From Acanthaster planci (taxonomy: Eukaryota): DNA of 64,000 nt. The notes under the pieces were generated by a model. The model made no database searches. It was not told the origin of the DNA and worked only from the letters and a program-made list of their open reading frames with translations. The stretch is taken from NCBI RefSeq assembly GCF_001949145.1, contig NW_019091362.1:832427-896426 (forward strand). The letters are read 5' to 3'. The translations under genes were made by a program, and so were the position numbers. Of the stretch, positions 35,395 through 49,409 are shown piece by piece; position 1 is the first letter of the stretch, and each line of letters starts with the position of its first letter.

Positions 35395-35790
35395 TTAGCT
35401 TGTTAGTTGTAAGAGGCCACTTTGCCATCTGGCTAGGTGAGTGACAGGCCAGTCTGCCTGCTTGCCCACTGTTGTCAGCCTGTTACTATAGTATCGAAAG
35501 AGGCCACTTTGCCACTGGCTAGGCGAGTGACAGGCCAGTCTGGCTGCTGGCCTGCTGTTGTAAGACTCTTAGTAGTAAGGAAAGAGGCCACTTTACCATC
35601 TGGCTAGTTGAGTGACAGGCCAACAGTCTGGCTGCCGGCCTGTTAGTAGTAAGGAAAGAGGCCACTTTGCCACTGGCTAGGCGAGTGACAGGCCAGTCTG
35701 GCTGCTGGCCTGCTGTTGTAAGCCTGTTAGTAGTAAGGAAAGAGGCAACTTTGCCATTGGGCTAGTGTATGACAGGCCAGTCTGGCTGTT
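35395..35790. repeat. Tandem repeat, 5 copies of a ~75-87 bp GC-rich unit (AAGAGGCCACTTTGCCA..TGGCTAGG..GAGTGACAGGCCAGTCTGGCTG...)
   Basis: Unit starts near 35411, 35498, 35581, 35656 and 35739. Confidence 0.88.
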
Positions 35791-38216
35791 GGCGCGCTAG
35801 TCTGTCACCCAATAGTTGAGTTTACATGTAGAACTCAAGAAGCTTGCTACCCATCAGTTAATGGCTGAGTCAGTCGATAATCCCACTCGTCTGCTTAGCC
35901 ACTTGACATACAGGTTAAATAAGTCATTTCGATACATGTACCTGCAAGTTAACCGACCACTTGATATACTGCATTTGAATCCTCAATCAGCTTCTTAACC
36001 AATGATTCAAAATGTAATTTTGATCAGCGAGTCACCTTTTCTATTGTATATTCTGGCAGCCAACAAACCACTGGGTCAACTAGCCTGTCTGCCTGCCTAC
36101 GAACCAATCAAAGAACAGGACCACCAGCAGAGACCTACACAACAAGATTAATCACAACCAAACCAGCCAACAGAGCCCCGAAGAAATTATACCAGTGAGG
36201 CAAAACGAAACCATGGAAAAACATCTAAATTACTTCTTCTTCTTCCTTCAACAATTACACACTTCAAAGGACGTGCCAAATCAGCTGAGAGCTGAGATTT
36301 TGATTTTCCATTTTCCTCTGTCCTAAAATCACATTCACAAAACTGGATTATTTCAAATTGATGTAAAGGAATTTTGAGTCACAGTTCCATGGCCATCTGA
36401 GATTGACCTGCATGCACACAAGGACAAAGACTGGCAGTGTTCAAGGTCATGCCTAACAGTCAAATGGACAATTACATGTACATCAAAAATTCACGATTCA
36501 ATCATGACAAGTGGGACTCCATACAGAGGTGCATCTTTGGTTCATTAACATACACCGTAAATCCACAGCCATTGCAAAGCATGCCATTGAAAGCACTAAA
36601 TGTATATATCTACCGGTATCATTCAATTCAAGTTTTCTTCTAATAACTGTGACAAGCCTTGGAAAATTTTCCTGCAACCCAATTTTTCCAGTTAAAAATT
36701 TCACATGTATACCACTTTCTGAACAATAAAATTGCCAAAGAATGATTTCGTTCAGAGATTAAAGTTTAACAAGATGGTTGCATCTTATGAAACTAAATGG
36801 TTTGCTGTTCATCCAACGATTTCAAATCACCACAATGAAAATAAGTATTACTGAGGTCAAACACATCCAACCCTGAACTGAATCAACATCCCAACAATTC
36901 ATGAACACTATTACTCAGCCTCCAATGAAAATTATCCTCTGCTTAGTTGCTATGATAAAACTATACTCTAGCCACAGCCCTCCTTGAAAATTCCAACGAG
37001 GGAACAAAACATGAAATAAATCTCGTTGCTTCCATCTGTTCGCGCAAATCAATGTCTGGTTAACTACCTGAGCTGTCTTATCCCTGTCGGAAATCCATAA
37101 TTTCTGGCCAGTGTCAGCTGTTTGAGTGGACAAGCTCAAGCCTACATCAATCACAGCAAACTGTAATCAATACAACATCATAAGGTCGGAAGCTGTATCG
37201 ATTCCCATCCTCTTAAGCTGCGCAAACCTACCAATTAATAAATATGTACAAGAAATTTGGAAGATGTTGAACCCACATAATTCCTGCACTGGTATCTTGC
37301 AAAAACAAACACCAAATGTTAGCAAGAAATCTATACATTTGCTGGCATGACAACTTTGATTTTACATGTATTGAAAAAGATTTTAAATTTTATTTAGTTT
37401 CATTGAATTTCAGTAAATTTGATGTTTGTCACATCAAATCTGTAAAAAAAACACACATGGAGCAAATTTACTAGTATTCAAATCTGCTATTTCTCCAAAA
37501 TGAGAAAAATAATATTGAAACAGCTTAGTGTGAACAAGTCTTATTTCTGCAATAAGTAATGGATTTATTGTGAAACCATGTACATGTAGTTCGAAATCTC
37601 ATTGAAAATTTCTGTAGTTCTGAGAAGAACAGCTGGTAATTTGATATTTTGGGCAGTGTAATCTACCAGTTGTCAGGAGAAGGCATGTATCACCAGTTCA
37701 AAAGAAAAGCCCTTTTTAAGAAAAGCTGGCAAATGGAACTTCTGAAACACATGCTGACGTTAATAGGTAGAAGCATTTTTCAAAGTTGAAACTGTGAAGA
37801 AGTACACCAAAATATTATCACAAAATAAAATTGTCTTTGCTGTTTAACAAGTAATTTCATTTTTCCAAGCTAAGAACCTGGCTAGAAGCTGCCCTTTGAA
37901 CCTTCTGACACCAATCAATTTCAACACTAACTCAAACATCTAGAAAATTTAACGTGCACCACGGAGCATAAGAGTTGCAAAATGAAGATAGAAAATGCTT
38001 CTTACAGGTCTGAACAAGTATCACAAGATCTTCATCCAGTATGTACCTTCCAGCATTAAGGACAATTCACTGACGTGGTGGTTTTATGTTAGTGTCAACT
38101 ACAGTAGTTCATCTATTTACATGTCTACAATGCCATACACAAACTGCCTAAAACAAGAGGGTCAAATCTTTCCAACTAAGAATACCTATGAGGGATTACA
38201 ACCGATCCAATCCTAC

Positions 38217-38291
38217 CTCGATTTGCTTAGTCGAAGTGACTTTCGGCGGTTGCTCCTTGCCATCCTCCCGGTTAACCGAGGCTGCAAACAT
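38217..38291 (-). CDS. Candidate alternative first coding exon of DPP4-like gene (MFAASVNREDGKEQPPKVTSTKQIE)
   Basis: ATG in a CpG-rich patch, open to a phase-0 GAG|GTAGGA donor; no homology or transcript support available. Confidence 0.35.
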
Positions 38292-40433
38292 CGCGAGCGG
38301 TCACTCCTAAATCCCGCGACAGCACAAAAAATGCAATGAGCGAGCCCCCACGACCACCTGAGAACACGCTAAATTATACAGAGCCCCATCGCTTCCTGCT
38401 ATACCAACACCACACAAAGGTCTACAGACCACTGGCCTGGAAGTTCACAAGACCACTTAACGCTTGATCACTGAAAGTCGTTAGCCATCAACGATCTCCC
38501 CCCCCCATCTTACAGCAAGTGCTTCTTTTCACACCACAGGGGCTCTGCTGATTAAGCAGATGGATGGATCTCTCTTTTCTGCTTGCCCCACTGGTACCTA
38601 GGTCTAACCACGGCTACCCCAAGCTAAGCAGGTGGGGACTTAATTGGCAGCGTTAATTAATTGTCAGTTGCTCAGGGACCATCACGTCATTAGAATGGTT
38701 TGTGCTTACGCACTTGCAATCAGAGCACTAGAAAGAGTACACTAATGTGTATACTGGTACCTTCATGTATGTCGGTGATGTGTGGATCGAAGACACTGTT
38801 TCAATTGATAAACTTGCGAGCATGGCTGTCACAAAATGGTGAAAATAGTAAGTTCGATTCTTTGGGGATTCCAGTTGATTTACATGCAAGTAGGATCTAG
38901 AAGCACCTGATATATAGGTACGACACCAATATTCTTGGAGCAAACTTGGGATTTGTTGAATTTTAAACAATCAAATTTCTACCCCATCCCCCCCCAAAAA
39001 TTAACAGTTCGGAAAATTTCAGCTTGACCTTCACTTGTAACAACTGAACCCAGTGACAAAACTAGCAAAAAAATGTCCTTTGAAAACTGCATGAATCGGT
39101 ATTACATGTGGAGTAGTAAAACGTCTAATGAACATGCCGCATGACAGCTGGATACATGATACAGTACATCCAATGTGTTATAAAGTACATGTACATCACT
39201 GAAATCTACATGTAGCTGGTCCAGGTAAACATGACAAATTTTTAAATGATACAGAAAAAAGCACTGAAGGACTTTCCTCTACCCTACAAAAATGAACACT
39301 CCACCGGTACCTGCGTACCGGTAATTTGGAAAGTGCCACTCTCTGGTAACCATGGTAACCATATACAAAATTTACAGACTGCTAGTACTTGAGAGCAAGA
39401 GCAATATGAGCCCTCTGCCTTGACAGGGTGAAGCTGAAAGGTATTACTAATGACCACATGAGACGCATGTGTAGCAAGCTAAATAGATACAGGACAAAGG
39501 TGTTTGTGCAATGAGTTCAGGGCACAGCCTCTCGTACCAGCAAGCAGCCAATCCAGTGCAGGCTACCAATTGTCCAATCACAGATTACCAACTGGAGGTC
39601 CAGGCTAGACTTACATGTACATGGGCCCAGCCAAGAGGAAAGTGCCACGAGATGAGAATTTGGGCTGATCCATCTGACATTTTCAAACCACCCACTGGCT
39701 GAATTAATATGGCCTTAAATTTTAATCTGTCTCATATAATTTTAATCACACCAGATGGCCTTTAAAGCATTCAGCAGCACACGTACTGGTGCATGGAGCT
39801 CACTTTCAATGCTTTTTTTTCACAGGCAAGTGTGACAGCCCAAAACGTGGCTAGTGAAAACAAGGCAGAAACACACATACACACTCCCACCCAAGTGTGT
39901 ATTTGCCTGCAACTGGGGACCCCCTATTGTTCCTCTTTTGTTTGTACGGGGACCCTCTGCCAATCACGGACCTTATTGTCCTCTATTGTTCAGGGTCCCC
40001 TATTGAATGCATAAACAAATTCAGGTACACCCAGGATGACACAAATGGCACCGTGACAATGGACAGATACAGTTGAATTTCAGATTAGAGAACTACTCTG
40101 CGCTGAATTCTGAACAAATTTTTATGATACTGTCTCCTGTCTATTTTCTTAGCTATAAATTGAAACCATCTGTGTTATGTAATGGTTTTATTCCCGGTAT
40201 TACATCCAGATATATGATTATCAAAACTACACGTCCATGGACCTAAAACAGCTAAGCATTATCCTTGGAATCCTCTTCCAACCCTCAAAAGTCACACATT
40301 TTTATTTCTTTTTGCAAACAACTCAAACAAAATTAATCAAAATAATAAAAAGTAATAACTGGATAAATTTTATACACCAATTCCAGAGTTTTATTTTGAC
40401 TATGCATGTACGTGAACTGTATTACATGAATGT

Positions 40434-40526
40434 CTGCTGTCCACAATCGTAGCATCTATGCTTACAGGTGGCATCCCACTGCTGCCCACAATCGCAGCAT
40501 CTATGCTTACAGGTGGCATCCCACAA
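40434..40526. repeat. 45-bp tandem duplication
   Basis: CTGCTGYCCACAATCGYAGCATCTATGCTTACAGGTGGCATCCCA twice. Confidence 0.85.
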
Positions 40527-41099
40527 TTGCTTCAAAAATGTTTCTCAAAAATGTCATCAATCCATTGTACGCAGTACATGAAGTTCACATAAACCTAGCA
40601 TGATCATGTACACATGGTGTGTACCTTTTTAACAGTAGGCCTACTTCATCAGAAAACATGACCACAAGTGATGAACATGAGCATTCTTGTATGTGGTCTA
40701 ACAGCATGCAAACACATTCTGATGGGTTTTAAATAAACAACCAGCAGAATTATCAATGCCACAGAAACTTACAAATTTCAGAACTGGAGGTGGCGATGCC
40801 ATGGACGGCATGTTGAAGCAGTCGATACACAATCCTGGCTGAATGCAACAATCAAATATTTATCCAATGCAGCAAATCACAGAGGGACCATTGAAGAGAG
40901 AGAGAGGATTACGGCAAGAAGTTAAGCTCTTGAACCAAGTCCAATAAATGGGGAAGAAGATGATATGCAGTGTGGAAATGACAACTGCAGGGGCCGGTGA
41001 AGGTATGCAAGGAGTTGGAAAAATCACCAAAAAAGTAGAAGTTGGGGAGAGGAGCAAACTCCTCCCTGTGCCACGAGAGTCCGGTGAAGCAAACCAATG

Positions 41100-41790
41100 C
41101 TGCCTTCTCTTAATGTGAAGCACAGTCTGACAGTGAAGGGATGCTACAGACATTGGCTGAAATGGCTACAAAGCCAGCAGTGTAAAACCAGTGCTGGAAG
41201 TGACACCTCAGCAGCTGGACATCGCACTGAAAGTGGTGGGCTGAACAAATATCGGGAGACGGCTGGTGGAGTAAAGATAGATCCTACCACTGGGACTGCC
41301 ACAACGGACTGACGGGGGAAGGGGGAACAACACTCATACTGCAAGAATATGCAGGTACTTTAATGAGAGTACTGTGATCTCGTGTGCGGCGGATTACATT
41401 TAATGGTTTGAGGCAATCCACTGTGGTCCAACTACACTGGAAGAAATTTGGCCTAGCCGCGGCTAAACAGCTACTGGTAAAGAATCTTGAGGCCCAGACA
41501 AAATTACATACAGTTGTTGCAGTTAATCCAAGTGGATGTTTTCTCCACAAAATCCAAACATCTCTGCAACCAAGCTTCACTCAGTATGATACCCACATTC
41601 CAGAAAACAGACGCCTGATGCAGTCAACCAATCCTACAGCAACTTGTAGAATGCTTCCCATCAGAGTAACAGAATGATGGCAGAATAAACCGGCGGCATT
41701 GCCAAGGTCAAAAACAAGAACTCCGCTTCATACTAATTGTACGACTGCAACCTTGTGTTCTGTGCGACGGCTCAAGTTTGAAATCTACTG
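41100..41790 (+). pseudogene. Possible heavily decayed piggyBac-like transposase C-terminus
   Basis: Fragments in the expected order across frames: LKW, YRETAGGVKID (cf. YNxxMGGVDxxD), KKFGLAAAKQLL, HIPE...NPTATCR, QELRF, DCNLVFC, FEIY (cf. Cys-rich domain). Judged by eye only. Confidence 0.3.
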
Positions 41791-44700
41791 AGCACAGATG
41801 AAAAAACATTTAGGCTCAATAGTCATTAGAATCGGTGGAAAAGCTGCATAATGACTATTCTGATGTGGGCTATTTCACCTTATTGCTCTAGCCAGCAGTG
41901 GGCGAGTCGGTCAAATTATTTAGTTGCGGCACGCATGCATGCATGGATGCAAGCAGCATTCCTTGAGGGGTGAATGATTTATACATGTAAGAGGGGGCCC
42001 CGAGACTATGTCTGATTTGGAATGGTGGTGGGCTCCGCCGATGACGTAAGGAGTTATCGGTGAGCGTCTCAAGTCAGCATATTCACTGGGCCATTGCATC
42101 TCTCATCCACACCTCCTGGTCAAAGTAATATGCATGCTGTCCGTCGCCACAGCAGAGCAACGCCAACCGACACGCTTGGTCTCACAGGCAACTACTGCAG
42201 CATTTAATACCAGATGGAGGGAATCGCAACAGTCTAAATTACGTTGGCTTTGAAAACGACTGCCGAGGTCAAGTGAATTAGCGTTATTGGACCTGTTCGC
42301 TGACCATACCTGCACCCACAAGAACACTTATTATCTTCGTGGCACGGGGGAAGGTGAGGTGGAAACTACTGATCATTTATAAGCAGTCCATTCTGGGCAG
42401 GAGAAATAGGCCTAGGGGTTACATGTTTGTGTTTCTGTACCAGATCTTCCCAGGGGATTCAATTTTTTTATCCCTAGGTTAAGCTTTTTTCCCTGAAGGC
42501 AAAAAATGTACCAAATGAAATCTGCAGCTTGAAAAAGTGACAGACTCTCAAGTGGTCAAATCAAAGGCAATGTAAGGCTATCATCAACAGCAGAAGCCAA
42601 TGGGAAAGGCCAGTGGAAGGCAAAGGCGGGTAGATGGCAGGTCAAAATGAATATGGATGACATCAGAGGAGAAATCTTGGAAAATGGAAAAAACCTCAAT
42701 TGGGATTTTACTCTCCTTATTCGCAGTCTGCTGTAGTAGACTGGTGCAGGTACTGTACATGTACATGGATGAATGATGCAAAATGCCCAAGTTGAACGGT
42801 GGCCCGATTGAGACTATGGACAAGGAAATGCACTGTGTAGAGGAAAAAAACCACAAAAAGTGCAAAACTCTGAGTTGGTAGCTTAGCCTTAATTCGGTCA
42901 CCACTGCAACTGACACCGTGAGTGAGTTATAGAGCCACTGAACCAACATTGTACGCCAAGTTACACAAGCATCCCAGTCTATCTATTAAAAGAACAAGAC
43001 AGCTCACTGGAGGAAAGTGTGGCCTGCAGCAAATCAATGTCAAGTTGATACCAATATCATCATGAAAACAAATGCTGCACTAATCCAAGCTCTCAGAACA
43101 CTCAACCATCCATCCAGATCCATTAAGGATGACGTCCTGTTGATATGCAATTTCTGAGAATAGAGCATGCTTCAGATGTTGGACATACATGTATTTGGTA
43201 AAAGATTAAAGAGGATGAAAGACAAACAGCTGAGGGGAATTCCTGTGAGTTTATCAAGGGTTGTTCTGAAAATGAAGCTCAACAACTACAGCCAACAGTC
43301 CTACACTATAGCTTGACATCTCCCTCAACAGGAAACTGCAGAACTGAAAACAAATCTACAAAAAGCAGAAAGCAGAATCTTCTTCAAAAAGATTTCACCT
43401 TGGAATTGTGCAAAATGTGTTACAAACGGTGAAGTTCATATAGGTCTATTTCATTACTGAGAATGTATAGAGTTGTTCAAACATCTTAACCCCTTGGGAA
43501 TTACTGGCATTTTCTGAATCTTGTACAATCAACCAGTGTAGTAAATTAAAGGTCTATGCACATACAGCAGGATGAGGAATACCATGTGAAACACAGCAAA
43601 TCTATGTTACATCCATGCAAAGGTCAAAACCTAAACTTGCCATGTACTGGAATTGGACAAAACACAAAAGTGTCAAATGTGATTTTTGGTAGCGTGCTAC
43701 TTATTCCATGGAAACAAGATTTCTTTTCCCTCTGGCTCTTATTCAGCAAGTGCTTAATTTGTACAGCATAAGGTGAATGTAATGTGAACGTTAAAAGGTG
43801 TAGATAATTAATCACATGACCGTGTGTTGACAAGGCAACACCATGATCATAATGAGCGAAGATGTGTCCGTGGTAGCGGTAGAGTGGCTTCTTCACACCA
43901 AGGCCAAGGGAGTTAACAACGATGGCAACTGAATGGATAAGGGACTTGTTGCTTGTGACGTCTTTCTCCAGCCTTAGATATATGTTTGACCAGTTTGTAC
44001 AAAGTAACAGACCGACTGCGCCTGCTAATACTCGTGACCTACAGCATGTACAAAATATCAACAAACACGGTTTCCTCTCGTAGTAACGTGTGTTTTGAAT
44101 GTTGTTTACAAAAAATAAAGCCCATTTTTGGTATAGCACTCAGTGTATCAGTAGTCTGAGTACTTCNNNNNNNNNNNNNNNNNNNNNNNNNNNNNNNNNN
44201 NNNNNNNNNNNNNNNNNNNNNNNNNNNNNNNNNNNNNNNNNNNNNNNNNNNNNNNNNNNNNNNNNNNNNNNNNNNNNNNNNNNNNNNNNNNNNNNNNNNN
44301 NNNNNNNNNNNNNNNNNNNNNNNNNNNNNNNNNNNNNNNNNNNNNNNNNNNNNNNNTCAGTAGTCTGAGTACTTTACCAACCATCAGCTTTATGTTTGGT
44401 AAATGATACTTATGACACACTTTGTTTTGGAGGACACCCATGTTTGTTGATGTTTGATACCCACTCTAGGTCATGGGACTTACTGGGTGCAATTGGTCTG
44501 TTGTGTCTACTTTGCTTGGGGAACCCATCTGCTAAAGATTTAATGTTTCAGTAACTCCAACATCCCTTTTTTTGGGGGGGGGTGTAATTTCTACTTGTAC
44601 AGTTCCCGTAACACACACAGGGTTGTACCGGTGCCTCATCTTGGATCTGCCATCCACAGGATCATAATGCCAATGTGCTGCACATACATGAACATGCACT

Positions 44701-45242
44701 TCTACTTGATGTCAATCTTGTCAACCTAATTTGTATACCTCTGCCAACAGCCAAGAGTCCGCTACTAATGGTATATTTCCAAAAGAACAATTGTGTTACT
44801 TATGGTGTAGAGGCATGAGCATTGCCAGGATATTTTTAAAGAGGGGCACCAACACTTTTTCAAGGGGCTAAATCTGTTTCAAGTCTCCTGACCTGAAACA
44901 CGATGTGATATGTGAACACACAGTCTGGACAAGAACAGTCTTGTCAGATCTTTTCTTTTAAAATACAACATGATCCCATAAACTAGGCACGTTGGTAGTA
45001 CGCACATTGTAGGACCATTTCCAATATCAGACATCCTTTTAAGGACACCAAGTAATCCTTCGAGCTCAGGAGAACATGTCTGTCCTCAATCTGATCACAA
45101 GCCAAGAGGGCATGTTTTGCATTCAGGGCAAAGTAGTCAAAACACAGTATCAACAAAGTGTTCAGAATGGCCTAAAAATCATGTACACACTGTAAGAAAA
45201 GAGAATCATTCTTGGTATGTGCTGTGTACGTTTACATGCGAA

Positions 45243-45490
45243 TGGGTAATTCCAGAAAATTGGGGTCCATTTTGTTTTCGTGTCCCTGTCACATCTGACA
45301 TATAATTCTGTAAGTTAGAACACATTTTCTAATTTCCAAGACTGAGGAATTAATGGATTTTACCTGCCAAACAAATAGTAATAGTTTGAAATCAATTCCA
45401 GTGATATTTCCATATCAAATAACAAAGGTCAGATGTAACAGAGACACAAAAATGTCACGCTTTTGCACCTCTCGTTTCTGGAATTACCCA
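45243..45490. mobile_element. MITE family A, copy 2 (opposite orientation)
   Basis: Same TGGGTAATTCCAGAA TIRs; interior is the reverse complement of 34062-34284 (e.g. GAAATCAATTCC.GTGATATTTCCAT.TCAAATAACAAAGGT). Confidence 0.8.
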
Positions 45491-48400
45491 AATAAAAGTT
45501 GGATTTGATTTCTTGTTAGTATTGATGTGACAAATACAAAATGACCAGATAATGTTTAACTGTTGAATTTTGTTTAATTTCTATTCAAATTTTTAAATGT
45601 TCTACATAATTTGGCGGATCTAGGTGCAAATTTTATTAAATGTTTTTACTTCCAGTTGAGCAAAAGAAAGAAGCATTTCAGAAAACATTTAACCCCAATC
45701 CCAGAAAGATTTTAAGATATACAATGAAAATCAATGGAGATTAAAACCTCAAAAAAGACACAAAAAATTGCTTGAAGATGAGAAATTTCATCATTACAAA
45801 TTGCACTGGTTTTTATACAATGTATAATGCTTTCCTCATGCACTGCACCAGTACATCCATCTCTTGTTGAAAGCAATAAAATTTGTACCCAGACATTATT
45901 GATTATGACAAAATCAATAACTTGCATTCATTATAAAAAAAAGCAAACAGCTTTTCTACTGTTAATTAGCAAAAAGTCAAATATACACAGCACAAAATCA
46001 TCTTCTCATAAAGTAAAACACTCGTCTGTTACGAGCAAAATACCTTTTCGCTGAAGCTAGATTGGAAATTCCCCGCTCCCTGCACAGCAATAGGCATGTT
46101 GTCTTGGAGATACAGAAACACCAATCCACTTGCAATATCTAAAAACACCTTTCCTTGGATGACTTTATCGTGCACGTTAGGAGCGTTTTTCAATGCATTA
46201 GTGGAAGGTCGAGTTCACTTAATGCAGCTAGAAAACAACGCATCACGATAATGATGACGATTTCAACCAGTCCATTAAGATGGTTAGCAGTAGCAACAGA
46301 GGGAATAAGCAGTCGGTCTGGAGATTCCTTGCTTGACATCAATGTCAGTCCATCTCAGCAATGAAAACAGAAAGTACCCCTGCATCCCACTGCATCCTGC
46401 TGTGTGCATCTGCTCTCCGACTCAAACAACCTCTACTGGTCCAGGAATTAGGAGTGCAATTAAGACGTTAAATTACAGACTGCTGCTGATCGTATCTAAG
46501 TGAAAAAAAGGGCACTCTGGCGTTGGTAGTGGTAGTAATGCAGCCTTTCCATTAGACACATAATGAGATTTGGTTTATGGAGTCATGTGTATGATACGGT
46601 ATTAAGAGCACTAGCCTGTACTCATCAACAAGGCGTACATGTACAGTCCAGAGATGTGAAGGCTTTTATCATTGTAAACAGGATGCCGCGTCGATTATTG
46701 ACAGCTGGTACAAGTCACCCATTTTTTTTTCTCTGGTGAATCCTGCTGCCACATATATGCACATGTGTCATATTAAGCGCTGAACGTGTGTCAATGAGTT
46801 AATTTAAAGCCAGGAAGCTGAATCTATGCAACTCCTACTCAGTGATGTAACTCAGCAGGTGTGGCCAATGGGATGCCATTTAATTTGACATGATATTCAT
46901 TAAGATTTTAGCACTCACGTTGAGAACTGAGGTTTTAGCTCTGACCCGACTATACGTCTCTACGTAGCACAAAAATAAGATTTAAGTTGCCAAATAAAAC
47001 ACTCTTCCCTTTAATTATTACAAAACAGAAGATTATCACCAACATAATGGAAAGTTTCATACATGTAGCCACACACTCAACACATGGATTTTGGTCAGGA
47101 CACACGCATAATTGTCCTGAAGTGGAGCACATTCTAGACACCTGTTCATTTCTGTAGTGTCTTTATTTACAAAAAAGATCACATTCTGACTTATGTTCAG
47201 GATGTCCAAATGAGATGGTCATGAACATACCAGTCCATGTATATGGAAAAATGAAAAGAAAATTGACATTTTTCCCATGCTGGACAACAAACCATGAAAT
47301 ACATACTGTACATGTACATATCACAAAGTTACCCCAAAAAGTTAAATCTATGGTTGCCCACGTTGACAAAAAATAAGAATGCAAATTTCTTGCTGTGCAT
47401 AGGCATGAGGGCCGGTAAATGCAATTCATCTGCCATTAACCTGCAATCCTAGCACATGTACATGTACACATCACACAAACCACTAAACAGAAGGTATAAT
47501 CAATCATGGAAATATTACTTGATATCAAATTACTTGAACAGATTTTCCCAGATAGGGATAAAATTAAGCTTGCAGTTTGCGTATCATGCAGAAAAAAATA
47601 TAAAAATGGCTTGAGATGTGTGTTTCATTTACTACAACATGCATGTATATGTACAGGGTACATGTATGTAGGTATATTTAATCATTGCAAATAGCACTCA
47701 GCAACACATTTCAAAAACAAGCATTTCCATTTGCAAGAAGCACTCTCCTCTTTTCAGTCCTAAACACATCACAACCATTTCAAATCCATCTTGTACAAAT
47801 GCATCGTTTAGACACATATTGAGGAGCCTGCCCGAATGCCAAAAATACGCCTTACATGTACGGTCTTCCTGTCAAAATACCAGTATAAGTCTATCTGTGT
47901 GTCGATTTATCACGCAGCCGAACATTTGGCTTGCACTCATGCACTGAAAACTTATTTGCCCAACTTTCAAATCAATATTTACAGGACGTGTTTTGAGTAG
48001 CCACACAATACCAACAAATGTTACCAGCTTACATGTATGTACAGATGTAGGATATGTGTGTGTTATGTCATTGAGAGACTAAAAGTGTTTGTCGAAGGAG
48101 TAGAAGTCAACCATCAGTCAACAGAAATGTATGCAATGCCATCCTGTATAATTGAAATGAGGCCAGGTACAATGAAGGAAGCCAGTGTTTGAAATCATCC
48201 ACAATGCCAAAAAAAGACACTAAAATGGTCATTACTGAATACACGGGTGGGTGCATTTTGCATAACTGCAAGTATAAAGAGAGTCTAGTCAAAGTAAACA
48301 CACCAGTATATATATAGTGACTTCATCAGATGAAGGATACAGGGAACTATACTGCAGTGAATGGGGTAATGAGAGGAGGGTTTGGGGTGGGCAGAGCGAC

Positions 48401-49286
48401 CAGTAGCAAGGGAGTAACAGGTGTAATGCATATAGATCTACTGTATGATGTAGACAATTACAGTGAATGCAGTCATCACTGACTGCTCATGTCCAATGTC
48501 ACTGAGAGTCCTTGATTTGCAATAATTCGTATTAACTATTGATAGTTTATGAAAAGATTCTCCCAACCATATACTGTAGGCTGAATGACAGTCGATTTAC
48601 AAATTAACAAATTCTCAAATCATCCAGTAATAATGCATGCTAAAACAGTGACATGAATGTGTCACTTCTACACCAGCAGACTGGTTCCCACTACTTTACA
48701 TCCTTGCCTTCCCTCCTTTCAATACAGGAAGGAAAAGGAGGGGACGANNNNNNNNNNNNNNNNNNNNNNNNNNNNNNNNNNNNNNNNNNNNNNNNNNNNN
48801 NNNNNNNNNNNNNNNNNNNNNNNNNNNNNNNNNNNNNNNNNNNNNNNNNNNNNNNNNNNNNNNNNNNNNNNNNNNNNNNNNNNNNNNNNNNNNNNNNNNN
48901 NNNNNNNNNNNNNNNNNNNNNNNNNNNNNNNNNNNNNNNNNNNNNNNNNNNNNNNNNNNNNNNNNNNNNNNNNNNNNNNNNNNNNNNNNNNNNNNNNNNN
49001 NNNNNNAATGCACTGGTACATGTTAATCTAAATCAGTATCTAATATACAAAAGTTCAATTTAAAAAGGAATTTAAAAATGAAATACAGTGATTTCTAACT
49101 GAAATGCAAAAATAATATTTACATACATGTCTAAGGTCATGATGATGCTTTTCAACAAAAGGCAAACCACAATGTACAACCACAGTGTGCGTGTATTTGA
49201 CTGAGGACCCGGAAAAAGTAGCACTAAGCACATGCAGGGTATCGAAGAAAAAATACTTCGAGTATAGGAAATGAGTTATACTTTAC

Positions 49287-49409
49287 CTCACTTGGGGTCT
49301 TTTTCAGTGAAAACATGGCAGTGGTGTCAATGGAGCACGGCTGACCACAAACGAATCGACGCAGGGAAGTCCTCACCCTGAGCCAATACCTCAGTAAATG
49401 CTGTACCAT
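49287..49409 (-). CDS. Candidate alternative first coding exon (MVQHLL...TTAMFSLKKTPSE, or MFSLKKTPSE from 49316)
   Basis: GCCATG context at 49316, phase-0 GAG|GTAAAG donor, CpG-rich upstream patch. Confidence 0.3.

Noticed and set aside
46190..46340. Minus-strand hydrophobic peptide (GLVEIVIIIVMRCFLAAL) as the missing TM exon
   Set aside because: No suitable donor before the stop, charged residues in the segment and no family resemblance
4263..49063. Long ORFs full of X in the track
   Set aside because: Artefacts of N gaps (4347-4777, 12099-12350, 13014-13459, 26158-26610, 31174-31978, 44167-44356, 48748-49006)
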